The notes under the pieces were generated by a model. The model did no database searches and was not told the origin of the DNA. It saw only the letters and a program-made list of their open reading frames with translations. Below, in pieces: positions 37,077 to 47,258 of a stretch of DNA of 64,000 bases. The translations under genes and the position numbers were made by a program. The DNA comes from an uncultured Chloroflexia bacterium (GTDB lineage Bacteria; Chloroflexota; Limnocylindria; Limnocylindrales; CSP1-4): assembly GCA_963745295.1 (NCBI GenBank), contig CAVUWG010000003.1:679497-743496 (forward strand), written 5' to 3'. The stretch's first letter is position 1. Every line of letters begins with the position of its first letter.

Positions 37077-37267
37077 GGAGGGAGGGAGGATGGAACCTTG
37101 CGGGTTCGTCCAACCACTACGCTACGTCGGACCGATTCAGCCACGAGACGGCAAGCGGTTAAGAAAGCGATACGCATCGCATGACCCCCGCACGGACCGA
37201 CCGGACGGAGCGTCCCTGGGACCATCGGACGGTGGGGTGATTCGAAGACCTCTGCGACAATCCGCCG

Positions 37268-38637
37268 ATGAATCACCACCGTCGATCGCCGATCCGAATG
37301 GGTCCGCGTCTCCTGCTCGTCGTCCTGTCGGTCATCGCGTTCGCCGCGAGCGCCTGCGGCCCATCGAACCCGAGTCCGTCGCCGTCGCCATCGAGCACGC
37401 CGTCGAGCGCGCCGTCCACGGCACCCAGTGGCTCGACCGCGCCGTCGAGCGGTCCGTCGGCCGCGATCGACGAGGACGCGATCTTCGACGAGATCGAGGC
37501 CCAGGTCGTCGGCGATCCGAGGTCTGCAGCCGACGGCGACGGTCGGCCGCGAGATCATCGACGAGGACCGAGCTCCGGAAGATCCTCACGGAGGAGTTCG
37601 ACAAGGAGAGCCCGCCGGCCTACGTGGCCGCCAGCGAGCGGCTGTACAAGGCACTCGGGCTCCTGCCCGCGGACGCCGACCTCAAGCAGATGCAGCTCGA
37701 CATGCTCAGCGCCGGGGTGGCCGGCTTCTACCGGGATGACGAGAAGAAGATGTACGTCGTCTCGCGCACGGGCTCGCTGAGCGCGGAGGACAAGGTCACC
37801 TACGCCCACGAGTACACCCACGCGCTCCAGGACCAGCATCACACGGTCTTCAAGGACCAGCAGGACGCGCTCGACGCGGCCTTCAAGGACCCGAAGAAGG
37901 TGCACGACCGCAGCGACTGGATCCTGGCTCGCCAGGCCGTGTACGAGGGCGACGCGACGGTGCTGATGTCGCACTGGCTCGTGGGCAACCTGACGCCCGA
38001 GGAGCTCGCGAGCGTCATGCAGGGCGGCGCCTCGGCGGCTGAACAGCAGGCCGTCCTGGACTCGATGCCGGCGATCCTGCGCGAGACCCTGCTCTTCCCG
38101 TACACGACGGGTGCCTTCTATGTCCAGGCGGCCCAGGCCGCGGGGGGCTGGCCGGCCGTCGATGACTTCTACGCACGCATGCCGGAATCGACCGAGCAGA
38201 TCCTCCACCCGGAGAAGTACGCGGCCGGCGAGGCGCCGGTCGCGGTCGACGTTCCCGGACGACCTGGCCACCGATCTCGGGACCGGCTGGAGCGTGCCGC
38301 TCGAGGACACGTTCGGCGAGTTCCAGCTGGGCATCTGGCTCCGCGAGGGCGGCGTGGCGGACGCGGCGGCCGAGGACGCGGCGGCCGGCTGGGGCGGCGA
38401 CCGCCTGGCGGTCATCGAAGGGCCGGACGGGGCCTGGGCGCTGGCGATGCAGACCGCGTGGGACACGCCCGAGGACGCGGCGGCCGTTCGAGACCGCCGC
38501 GAGCACCGCGATCGGCAAGGCCGGCGGGCCCGGACAGGTCCTCGCCCGGTGCGGGCGGCAACGTGCGCTGGGTCGTCGTCGCCGACGACGATGAGACGCT
38601 CGGCACGGTCGCCGGCGCCCTGGGCCTGGCCGGCTAG
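37268..38637 (+). pseudogene. HExxH zinc-metalloprotease-like lipoprotein, five +1 frameshifts as sequenced
   Basis: Signal and lipobox (LLLVVLSVIAFAASAC) are in ORF 37268..37780. The body with YAHEYTHALQD is in the frame of ORF 36697..38637. DDLATDLGTGWSVPLEDTFGEFQLGIWL is in ORF 38111..38809. The C-terminus NVRWVVVADDDETLGTVAGALGLAG is back in the 36697 frame. Switches lie at about 37511, 37569, 38255, 38486 and 38544. Confidence 0.7.
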
Positions 38638-38670
38638 ACCGGACCGCGGGTCGCCGCGGAGCGGCCGGCC

Positions 38671-40367
38671 CTACATCGACTCGGGCGCCGAGATCCCGAG
38701 CAGTCCGAGGGCGTTCGCGAGCGTGATCTGCGGCGGCACTCGCGAGGGCCAGCCGCGCCGCCGACCGCTCCGGCTCGGTCTCGGATCGACGACCCGCGCG
38801 TCGCGGTAGAAGGCGTGGAACGTGGTCGCGAGCTCGGTCGCGTAGGCCGTGATGCCCTGCGTCTCCTCGGCCGCGACGGCGTCCTCGACGACCTCCGGGA
38901 AGCGGGCGACCGCCCGGGCCAGCGCCGCCTCCGGGCGCGCCCGCCAGCGAGCCCGGTCACGTCGGTCGCCGGCGCCAGCCCGGCCTCGGCCGCCTTGCGC
39001 AGGATCGACGCGATCCGGGCGTGCGCGTACTGGACGTAGTAGACGGGGTTCTCGTTCGACTGCTTCTTGGCCAGCTCGATGTCGAAGTCGATGCCGACGT
39101 GGGCGCCCGTGAGGCGAAGAACCAGCGCGCCGCATCGACGCCGACCTCGGCGAGCAGCTCGTCGAGCGTGATGAACTCGCCGGCCCGCTTGCGACATCGA
39201 GACCTCCTCGCCGTCGCGCACGAAGCGGACCCACGAGTAGAGCAGCATCTGGACCGCGTCCGGGTCGTAGCCCATCGCCTGCGGCCGCGTTCCGGACGCG
39301 CGCGACCGTCCCGTGGTGGTCGGCGCCCCAGATGTAGATCAGGTGGTCGAAGCCGCGGCTGAACTTCTCGGTCACGTAGCCGATGTCGGCCGCGAAGTAG
39401 GTCGGCTCGCCGTTCGAGCGGATAGATGACCCGGTCCTTGTCGTCGCCGAAGGCGGTCGAGCGGAACCAGATCGCGCCGTCCTGCTCGTAGACGTGGCCG
39501 CGCTCGCGCAGCCGCTCGACCGCGCGCTCGACCCAGCCCTCCGTCGTGGAGCCGGGCCTCGCTCGTCCAGACGTCGAACCGGACGCCGAGCGCCGGCGAG
39601 GCTGGCCTCGATGCCCTCGCGGACGCGCCCGGCCGCCCAGTGGCCGACGATGCCGTCGGTGTCGGCGTCCGGCGCCGTCGCCGCGGCCCAGACGTCGTCC
39701 GGCAGCGTCCGCCGCGAGGTCGTCGACGTAGTCGCCCTGGTAGCCGTCCTCGGGGACCGGCTCGCCCGCGCTTGAGCGCCGCGACCGACGCGCCGAGGTT
39801 CCGGATCTGGCCGCCCGAGTCGTTGAAGTAGTACTCGCGCGTGACCCGCTGGCCGCCCGCCTCGAGGACCCGGCTGAGCAGGTCGCCGACGAAGGCGCCC
39901 CGCGGCGTTGCCGACGTGCAGCGGCCCGGTCGGGTTGGCCGACACGAACTCGACGTTGACCGACGCGCGGGGTCGCGGCCGGCGACCGCGCCCCACGCCG
40001 CCGGGTCGCGCGAGGATCGCGCGCGACGACCGCCTCGAGCGCGGCGTCGGCGAGGCGCAGGTTGAGGAACCCGGGCGGCGCGACCTCGGCCGAGGCGATC
40101 GGCGTCGCGCCGGGGTCGTCCGGCCTCGGCGCCGAGCTCGGCCGCGAGCGCCGTCCGCGATCGCGAGCGGCGCCATCGCGATACGGCCGGGCGAGCTTCA
40201 TCGCGAGGTTGCTGGCGAAGTCGCCGTGCTCGGCGTTCGCCGGGTCGCTCGACCTCGACCGCGGGGCGGGGCGCGTCGTCCGGGAGCGGGGGCAGGCTCC
40301 CGTCCGCGACCGCCCGGTCCCAGGCGCGCCGGACCGCATCGCGGACCTGGGTCCGGATGGGGGTCAT
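38671..40367 (-). pseudogene. argS: arginine--tRNA ligase, at least 18 frame changes as sequenced
   Basis: ArgS segments are scattered over all three minus frames (ORFs 39372..40592, 38957..40339, 38671..40176, 38634..39275). Examples: [12 protein letters not shown]..., [71 protein letters not shown]...[38 protein letters not shown]. Confidence 0.9.
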
Positions 40368-40401
40368 GACGTCGGGGGCTTCGGGCGGGGCGCTCACAGG
40401 G

Positions 40402-41193
40402 TCACATCGTAGTCGGCGAGGTGCCGGTTCCCACGGCGACCCTGGTCCCCGGCCCCACGAGCGAGACCCCGCCACCGAACGACGCCTCCACCGAGGCGAT
40501 CGTCTCGGCCGGATCGAACCCCATCTGGAGGTGGGTGAGGAGGACGGCTCCGACGCCGGTCCGCTGCGCCAGCGCCCCGACCGCCGGCCCATCGAGGTGC
40601 GCCGCGCCGGGTGGCACCGGCCCGGGCCCGAACGACACCTCGGTCAGGAGGACGTCCCCCGGTCGGATGAGGGGTTCGAGGTCCTCCGCGTGCCCACAGT
40701 CCCCCGAGTAGACGAGCCCGACGCCGCCGGTCGAGACGCGGAACGCGTAGCTGTCGTCGGTGTGCCGGACCTTGGCCGCGTCCACCTCGAACGGCCCGAA
40801 CTGGAGTCGACCGGGTCGCAGGACCTCGATGTCGAGGGCCGCCGCGCTGAAGCCCGGTTCCGCATGGAGGGCGTCGAGCCGATCGCCCAGCCCGGCCGGG
40901 CCGACGACACGTGCGCGGCCCGGTGGCCTGAGTTGCCAATGCAGGTAGTGGCGGAACGAGACGAGGTCGATGAAGTGGTCGGGGTGGAGGTGGGACACGA
41001 GCGTGACGAGGAGGCGCTCCGGGGGCACCTCGGCGGCGACGTTCGGGAAGGCGCCCTGCCCCAGGTCCAGCAACAGCGAGGAGGACCGATCTGCCGTTCG
41101 AACGAGGTAGGCCGCACCGAGGGCGCCGGGCTTGTCGCTGTACGAGGGACCGGCACCCGCGACGAACAGCTCGAGGGAGTCGTGTGCTGTCAC
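40402..41193 (-). CDS. MBL-fold metallo-hydrolase
   Basis: GTG 41193 within ORF 40402..41292. Motifs LLLDLGQGAF, VSHLHPDHFIDL and YSGDCGH. Confidence 0.8.
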   Translation of the reverse strand: MTAHDSLELFVAGAGPSYSDKPGALGAAYLVRTADRSSSLLLDLGQGAFPNVAAEVPPERLLVTLVSHLHPDHFIDLVSFRHYLHWQLRPPGRARVVGPAGLGDRLDALHAEPGFSAAALDIEVLRPGRLQFGPFEVDAAKVRHTDDSYAFRVSTGGVGLVYSGDCGHAEDLEPLIRPGDVLLTEVSFGPGPVPPGAAHLDGPAVGALAQRTGVGAVLLTHLQMGFDPAETIASVEASFGGGVSLVGPGTRVAVGTGTSPTTM

Positions 41194-41219
41194 GTCGCGA
41201 AGCCTAGCGTGGCACCGGG

Positions 41220-42076
41220 TCAGGAAGGGTCGTCGCCCGGTGTGGTCGCGCCGAGCGGGACCACGGCACGCTCCGCGCCACGACGAAACCACAGCGACTC
41301 GAATCCAGCCGCCCCGGCGTAGCCGTAACCGTCCGCCAGCGCGAAGGCGAAGTGTTCGGCGCGGTGGGAATCGGTGCCGATGGTGATCCGCTCACCGCCG
41401 AGTTCGCGGAACCGCCCAACCGTGGCCGGCGACGGATAGGACTCGCCCGGCGGCTGGCGGAGGCCGCTGGTGTTGATCTCGAGGGCCGTGCCCGACTCGA
41501 CGAGCGCCCGCAGGATCGGGTCCAGGAGCTCCGGTGCGCTGGCGAGTTGCGCGGCAGTCACGTGCGGCGCGAGGAAGCGCTTCACGAAGTCGATGTGGCC
41601 GAGGGTGTCGAACAGGCCAGAACGCGCGGCCGCCTCCACTTCGACGTAATACGGCTCGACGATCTCGGCGAGGGAGCGACCGGCGACCCAGCCGGCGACG
41701 CGGGCCGACGTGTACGGTGAGTCGGCGCCGATGTGCACGGAGCCGATGATGAAATCGTAGGCGTGGCGTCGGATGTGGGCGCGGATGTCGTCATCGAAGT
41801 CGCGCTCGTACGTCAGCTCCGCACCGAACCGGATGGCCAGGCCCTGCGGCGCCCAACGCTCGGCGGCCTCGCGGACCTGGCGTTCGCGCTGGTCGAACGT
41901 CGAGTAGGAGTAGGCCGGCGCCCCGGGCCTGAAGTCGACGTGGTCGGTGATGGCGAGCTCAGCGATCCCGCGCTCGATCGCCTGACGGGCGTACTCATCG
42001 ATCGGGACGTCGCTGTCGTGCGAGAGGTCGGTATGGAGGTGGGCGTCGAGTGGCAGATCGCGGCCCTGGCGGTCGG

Positions 42077-42080
<4 letters not shown>
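41220..42080 (-). CDS. PHP-family phosphoesterase (histidinol-phosphatase-like)
   Basis: GTG 42080 within ORF 41220..42371, overlapping the kbl stop (GTGA). Motifs DAHLHTDLSHDS, ELAITDHVDF, GSVH, LGHIDF and GTDSH. Confidence 0.8.
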
Positions 42081-43326
<1,246 letters not shown>

Positions 43327-43330
<4 letters not shown>

Positions 43331-44355
43331 GCCGCCCAGTCCATGACGACCTTGCCCGAGTCGCCGCCGCGCGCCGCCGCGAACGCCGCCTCGAAGTCCC
43401 GGAAGCCGAATCGATGGGTGATGACCGGCCGGATGTCCAGCCCGGACTGGAGCATGACCGTCATCTTGTACCAGGTCTCGTACATCTCGCGACCGTAGAT
43501 GCCCCGCAGGGTCAGCATCTTGAAGACGATCGCGTTGAGGTCGAGCGACACCTCTCCGGACGGCAGGCCGAGCTGCGCGATCCCGCCGCCGTGGGCCATC
43601 GCCGCGATCGCGCCACGCAGCGCCGACGCGCTGCCTGACATCTCGAGCGCGACATCGAACCCCTCCACCATCCCGAGTCCGGCGCCGACCTCGCGCAGGT
43701 CGCGTTCGGTCGGGTCGACGGCGACGGTGGCGCCCATCCGCATGGCCAGCTCGCGTCGATAGGCGTTCGGCTCGCTCACCACGATGTGCCGGGCGCCGGC
43801 ATGGCGAACGACCGCGGTCGCCATGAGACCGATCGGCCCGGCCCCGCTGATGAGGACGTCCTCGCCGAGGATCGGGAAGGCGAGCGCGGTGTGGACCGCG
43901 TTGCCGAACGGGTCGAAGATCGCGGCGATCTCGGGGTCGACGCCGGGCCAGTGGTGCCAGATGTTGGTCATCGGGAGCGCCACGTACTGCGCGAACGAGC
44001 CATCCCGGCCGACGCCGAGGCCGATCGTGTTGGCACACAGGTGGCGACGGCCGGCGAGGCAGTGGCGACAGCGGCCGCACACGACGTGGCCCTCGCCGCT
44101 GACCAGGTCGCCGGGGTGGAAGTCCACGACATTCGCCCCGACCGCCACGATGTCACCGACGAATTCATGCCCGACCACCAGCGGCGGGTGGATGGCCGTC
44201 TGCGCCCACGGATCCCATGCCTCGATGTGGAGGTCCGTGCCGCAGATGCCGGTCTTCTGGACCCGGATCAGGACGTCGTTGATGCCGATGACCGGCTCCG
44301 GGACCTCCGTCAGGACGAGACCGGAGCCCGGCCCGGCCTTCACCAGGGCGAGCAT
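43327..44355 (-). CDS. tdh: L-threonine 3-dehydrogenase
   Basis: ATG 44355 within ORF 43327..44499. Zn-ADH motifs GICGTDLHI, GHEFVG, CGRCRHC and GAGPIGLM. Confidence 0.93.
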
Positions 44356-44593
44356 GTGCGTACCGTACGGCACCCGACGATGCCGCCGTCGGTGGCCGAG
44401 GTCGAGCCTGGGGTCCGCGTCGCCCCGCGGCTTGGCCAACGCCGTTGGCTCGATCTCGACGAGTTCCTCGTGGACGTTGAGCCGGATGTCGATCCGCACC
44501 TATGGGTACGCTCGTTCGTGCATTTCCCGCCACCTGCAGTGGCGAGGATCACCCGATAAGCGAGCGATGAGCGCGACTTGATTGACTTCGCGG

Positions 44594-45406
44594 ATGCCTC
44601 GCTCGCGTCGGCGTCGAACTCGACAACGGATCAGGTTGGGCACCTTGATCGGGAGGATGGTCGGCGATGAGCGTCGACGTATGGCGATGACGCAAGTCGA
44701 GTTGGGGCGCAGGGCGGGCATCTCACGACAGATGGTCGCAGCCGTCGAGGGTGGCAGGGCCAATGCGAGCCTCGATGTCGTGATCGGCCTGTTCGACGGC
44801 CTTGGCGTGGAGGTCGACATCGTCGTCCAGCGGGCGAACGTGGTCATCGGGCCACGCCAGCGTGACGCGGCGCATGCGATCTGCTCCGGCTACGTCCAAC
44901 GGCGGCTGGAGTCCGCCGGATGGCGGGTCGCCCGGGAGGTGCGTATCGATAGCGGGCGATACCACGGTTGGATCGATCTTCTCGCCTTCCACGAGTCGAG
45001 CGGAACGTTGCTGATCATCGAGATCAAGACTCGGATCGACGACCTCGGGGCCATAGAGCGCTCATTGGACTGGTACTCGCGCGAAGCACGAGGGGCTGCG
45101 CGTCGTCTTGGATGGCGGCCGAAACAGGTGGGTGCCTGGTTGCTTGCGCTTGCGAGCGAGGAGGTCGAATCGCAGCTCAGGTTGATGCGCCCGGCGATCG
45201 ACCGTGCATTTCCGATTCGGGCGAGCGGCATGTCGTCGTTGTTCGAGGAGCCCGACGCCACGATCGGTGGGCGAGCGATCGCGCTCGTCGACCCCCGCAG
45301 TCGCCGGTCGGACTGGCTGATGCGGACGCGGCTCGACGGCAGGCGATCAAACGTGCCCTATCGGGACCACGCCGGATTCATGCATCGGTCGCGCGTGGAT
45401 CGATGA
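44594..45406 (+). CDS. XRE-family HTH protein fused to a PD-(D/E)xK nuclease-like domain
   Basis: ORF 44582..45406 with ATG 44594. N-terminal HTH MTQVELGRRAGISRQMVAAVEGGRANASLDVVIGL. C-terminal E...D...ExK pattern (AREVRI, GWIDLLAF, LLIIEIKT). Local GC is lower than the flanks. Confidence 0.7.
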   Translation: MPRSRRRRTRQRIRLGTLIGRMVGDERRRMAMTQVELGRRAGISRQMVAAVEGGRANASLDVVIGLFDGLGVEVDIVVQRANVVIGPRQRDAAHAICSGYVQRRLESAGWRVAREVRIDSGRYHGWIDLLAFHESSGTLLIIEIKTRIDDLGAIERSLDWYSREARGAARRLGWRPKQVGAWLLALASEEVESQLRLMRPAIDRAFPIRASGMSSLFEEPDATIGGRAIALVDPRSRRSDWLMRTRLDGRRSNVPYRDHAGFMHRSRVDR

Positions 45407-45540
45407 CGTCCACCACGGCCACTCCTGTTGGCACAGTGCCGACGAACCATCGAACGACGACGGACCGACGTGCCGCAATGCGATCCGGTCACGCTCGTTC
45501 GTCGGCGGCGTGCCACTCCTGATTGGCCTGACGCGCCGGA

Positions 45541-45725
45541 TCAGCTCGGGCTGGCGCTCGGTGAGGCGCTCGCGCTGGCGCTCGGGCTCGTGCTCGGCGC
45601 CACCGAACCGCTGGCGCTCGGGCTCGTGCTCGGCGCCGCCGAACCGCTGCCGCTCGGCGAGGCCGACGGGCTGGCGCTCGGCGACGCCGACGGGCTGCCG
45701 CTCGGCACCGGGGTCGGCGTCGGGG
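45541..45725. repeat. in-frame GC-rich tandem repeats (encode SPSA/SGS low-complexity tail)
   Basis: A unit of about 36 nt (GCTGGCGCTCGGGCTCGTGCTCGGCGCCNCCGAACC) occurs twice, plus shorter GGCTGGCGCTCGGCGA repeats. They lie inside the DUF3105 gene. Confidence 0.6.
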
Positions 45726-46629
45726 TCGGGGCGGCACACTGCGGCTCCGGGTTCGTCCGCTCACCCCAGATGTCCCAGAACTCGAGGATCGCGGCCGTGT
45801 CGAGCGTTTCGAGTGGCAGGACGCGTCCCCACACGAGGGCCGCGAACGGCGTCGCCATCTCGTCGAATCGCGTGATGACCGGACCCTGGCTCGTCCCCGG
45901 CGTGATGTTGCAGACCGGGCTGGGCGGGAAGGCGTCGAAGAATGCCCGGAGCGCCTGCTGGCCCGCCGCCGTGGCGCCGTCGCTGTCTCCCCGATAGAGC
46001 AGGACCAGGGCGCCGTGCTCGAGGTTGTGGACCCACCCCTGCGGGAGCGTCTTGTCGTTCACGCCGTAGAAACGCGCGGGGATCGGGCCGATCCCGGCCG
46101 CGAAGAAGTGGTTGCCCGATGCGGGCGGGCAGTACGTGTACTTGACGACCTCGCCAGCCGGGACGTGCAGTCGGCCCATGTCGTCCTGGACGTAGCCGGG
46201 CGCGGGGCTGGCCCCGGGCAACGGGCTCGCCGTCGGCGTCGGCTCCCAGATGTTCGTGCACTGGAACATCGGTCGCGATGCGGAGTAGACGAAGAACAGG
46301 CCGATCAGCGCGACGCCGGCGATGGCGGCGATTCCCACGATCGTGCCGCGATGCCGTTCCGTGAACGAGCGCTGCTGGTAGCTCGAGCGTGTCCGTCGAC
46401 CCGTCCGCGCGGTCCCGGTCGGGCTCGTGCTCGGACGACGCGTGCCCGATGCCCGTGATGCCGTACCCGACGAAGGAGCGGGGCCCGTCGACGCCGGCGA
46501 CCCCGTCGCATCAGTGGACGAGGCGCCCGATGTCGAGCCCGTCGCCGGTGGCGTGGCGGGCGGCATCGGCGTGGCGCCGGTCGGAGTGGTGCCGGGGCGC
46601 CCCTGGCGCCGGCGGGAGGGTTTGCTCAC
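45541..46629 (-). CDS. DUF3105 domain membrane-anchored protein
   Basis: 362-aa ORF with a Ser/Thr/Pro-rich N-terminus, a TM helix (IVGIAAIAGVALIGLFFVY), a DUF3105-like core (PPASGNHF, GWVHNLEHGALVLLY) and SPSA repeats at the C-terminus. Confidence 0.85.
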   Translation of the reverse strand: MSKPSRRRQGRPGTTPTGATPMPPATPPATGSTSGASSTDATGSPASTGPAPSSGTASRASGTRRPSTSPTGTARTGRRTRSSYQQRSFTERHRGTIVGIAAIAGVALIGLFFVYSASRPMFQCTNIWEPTPTASPLPGASPAPGYVQDDMGRLHVPAGEVVKYTYCPPASGNHFFAAGIGPIPARFYGVNDKTLPQGWVHNLEHGALVLLYRGDSDGATAAGQQALRAFFDAFPPSPVCNITPGTSQGPVITRFDEMATPFAALVWGRVLPLETLDTAAILEFWDIWGERTNPEPQCAAPTPTPTPVPSGSPSASPSASPSASPSGSGSAAPSTSPSASGSVAPSTSPSASASASPSASPS

Positions 46630-46783
46630 GGATGGATGCCTCAGATGCGGTCGATGGGGTCGCCGGATGCTGCTCGGACCCGGCGGCGACGGAGGCCGCG
46701 CGGGGTGAGGGTACCGCCCACCGGCCCGATCGCGTGCGGAAGCCCGGGTCCGGGCGACACGGAAGCCGGCGGTCGGCGGCCGA

Positions 46784-47224
46784 TCACGGTTCGCTCAGGT
46801 ACGTCCGGACCTCCGGTCTGAGCAGCCCGCGGAACAACAGGGCGGCGAGCGCCGCGATGAACACGGCCTCGATGACCAACTGGCTGAACGCGAGCAAGGG
46901 CACCAGCGGGATCGTCAGGCTGGCCAGCCCAAGGGCCAGTCCGCGAGCTGCCTGCTTGCGCTGGAGGACCAGGGTCGTCGTGAAGATCGTGTACGCGAGC
47001 AGGACCATGACCACGACGCCCGTCAGGCTGACCGGCGCGGCGATGGCCTGGTCGACGACGAATTGCAGGCTCAGACCGATGCCGGCGAGGATCAGCAACG
47101 CGTAGACCAGGAACAGGCGGATGCCGCCCGGCATCTCGCGGATTCGTTGCCACATGGGGTGCGCATCGTACCGGAGGCCGGTCCACAGCCGCGGGCGCTT
47201 GCCATGGCCCGGCCGGGCAGCCAC
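46784..47224 (-). CDS. small 4-TM membrane protein, hypothetical
   Basis: 146-aa ORF with four hydrophobic helices. The start may be ATG 47155 (MWQRIREMPGG). Confidence 0.55.
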   Translation of the reverse strand: MAARPGHGKRPRLWTGLRYDAHPMWQRIREMPGGIRLFLVYALLILAGIGLSLQFVVDQAIAAPVSLTGVVVMVLLAYTIFTTTLVLQRKQAARGLALGLASLTIPLVPLLAFSQLVIEAVFIAALAALLFRGLLRPEVRTYLSEP

Positions 47225-47258
47225 CCTACGCAGCCATGGGACAGGAGACCGCCCGAAC

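Noticed and set aside
37078-37267. GGAGGGAGGGAGG-ATG (37078-37093) as the start of a plus-strand gene
   Set aside because: The downstream frame (MEPCGFVQPLRYVGPIQPRDGKRLRKRYASH...) has low GC3 and many codons that are rare for this genome. It merges into the wrong frame of the lipoprotein gene, so it is not protein-like.
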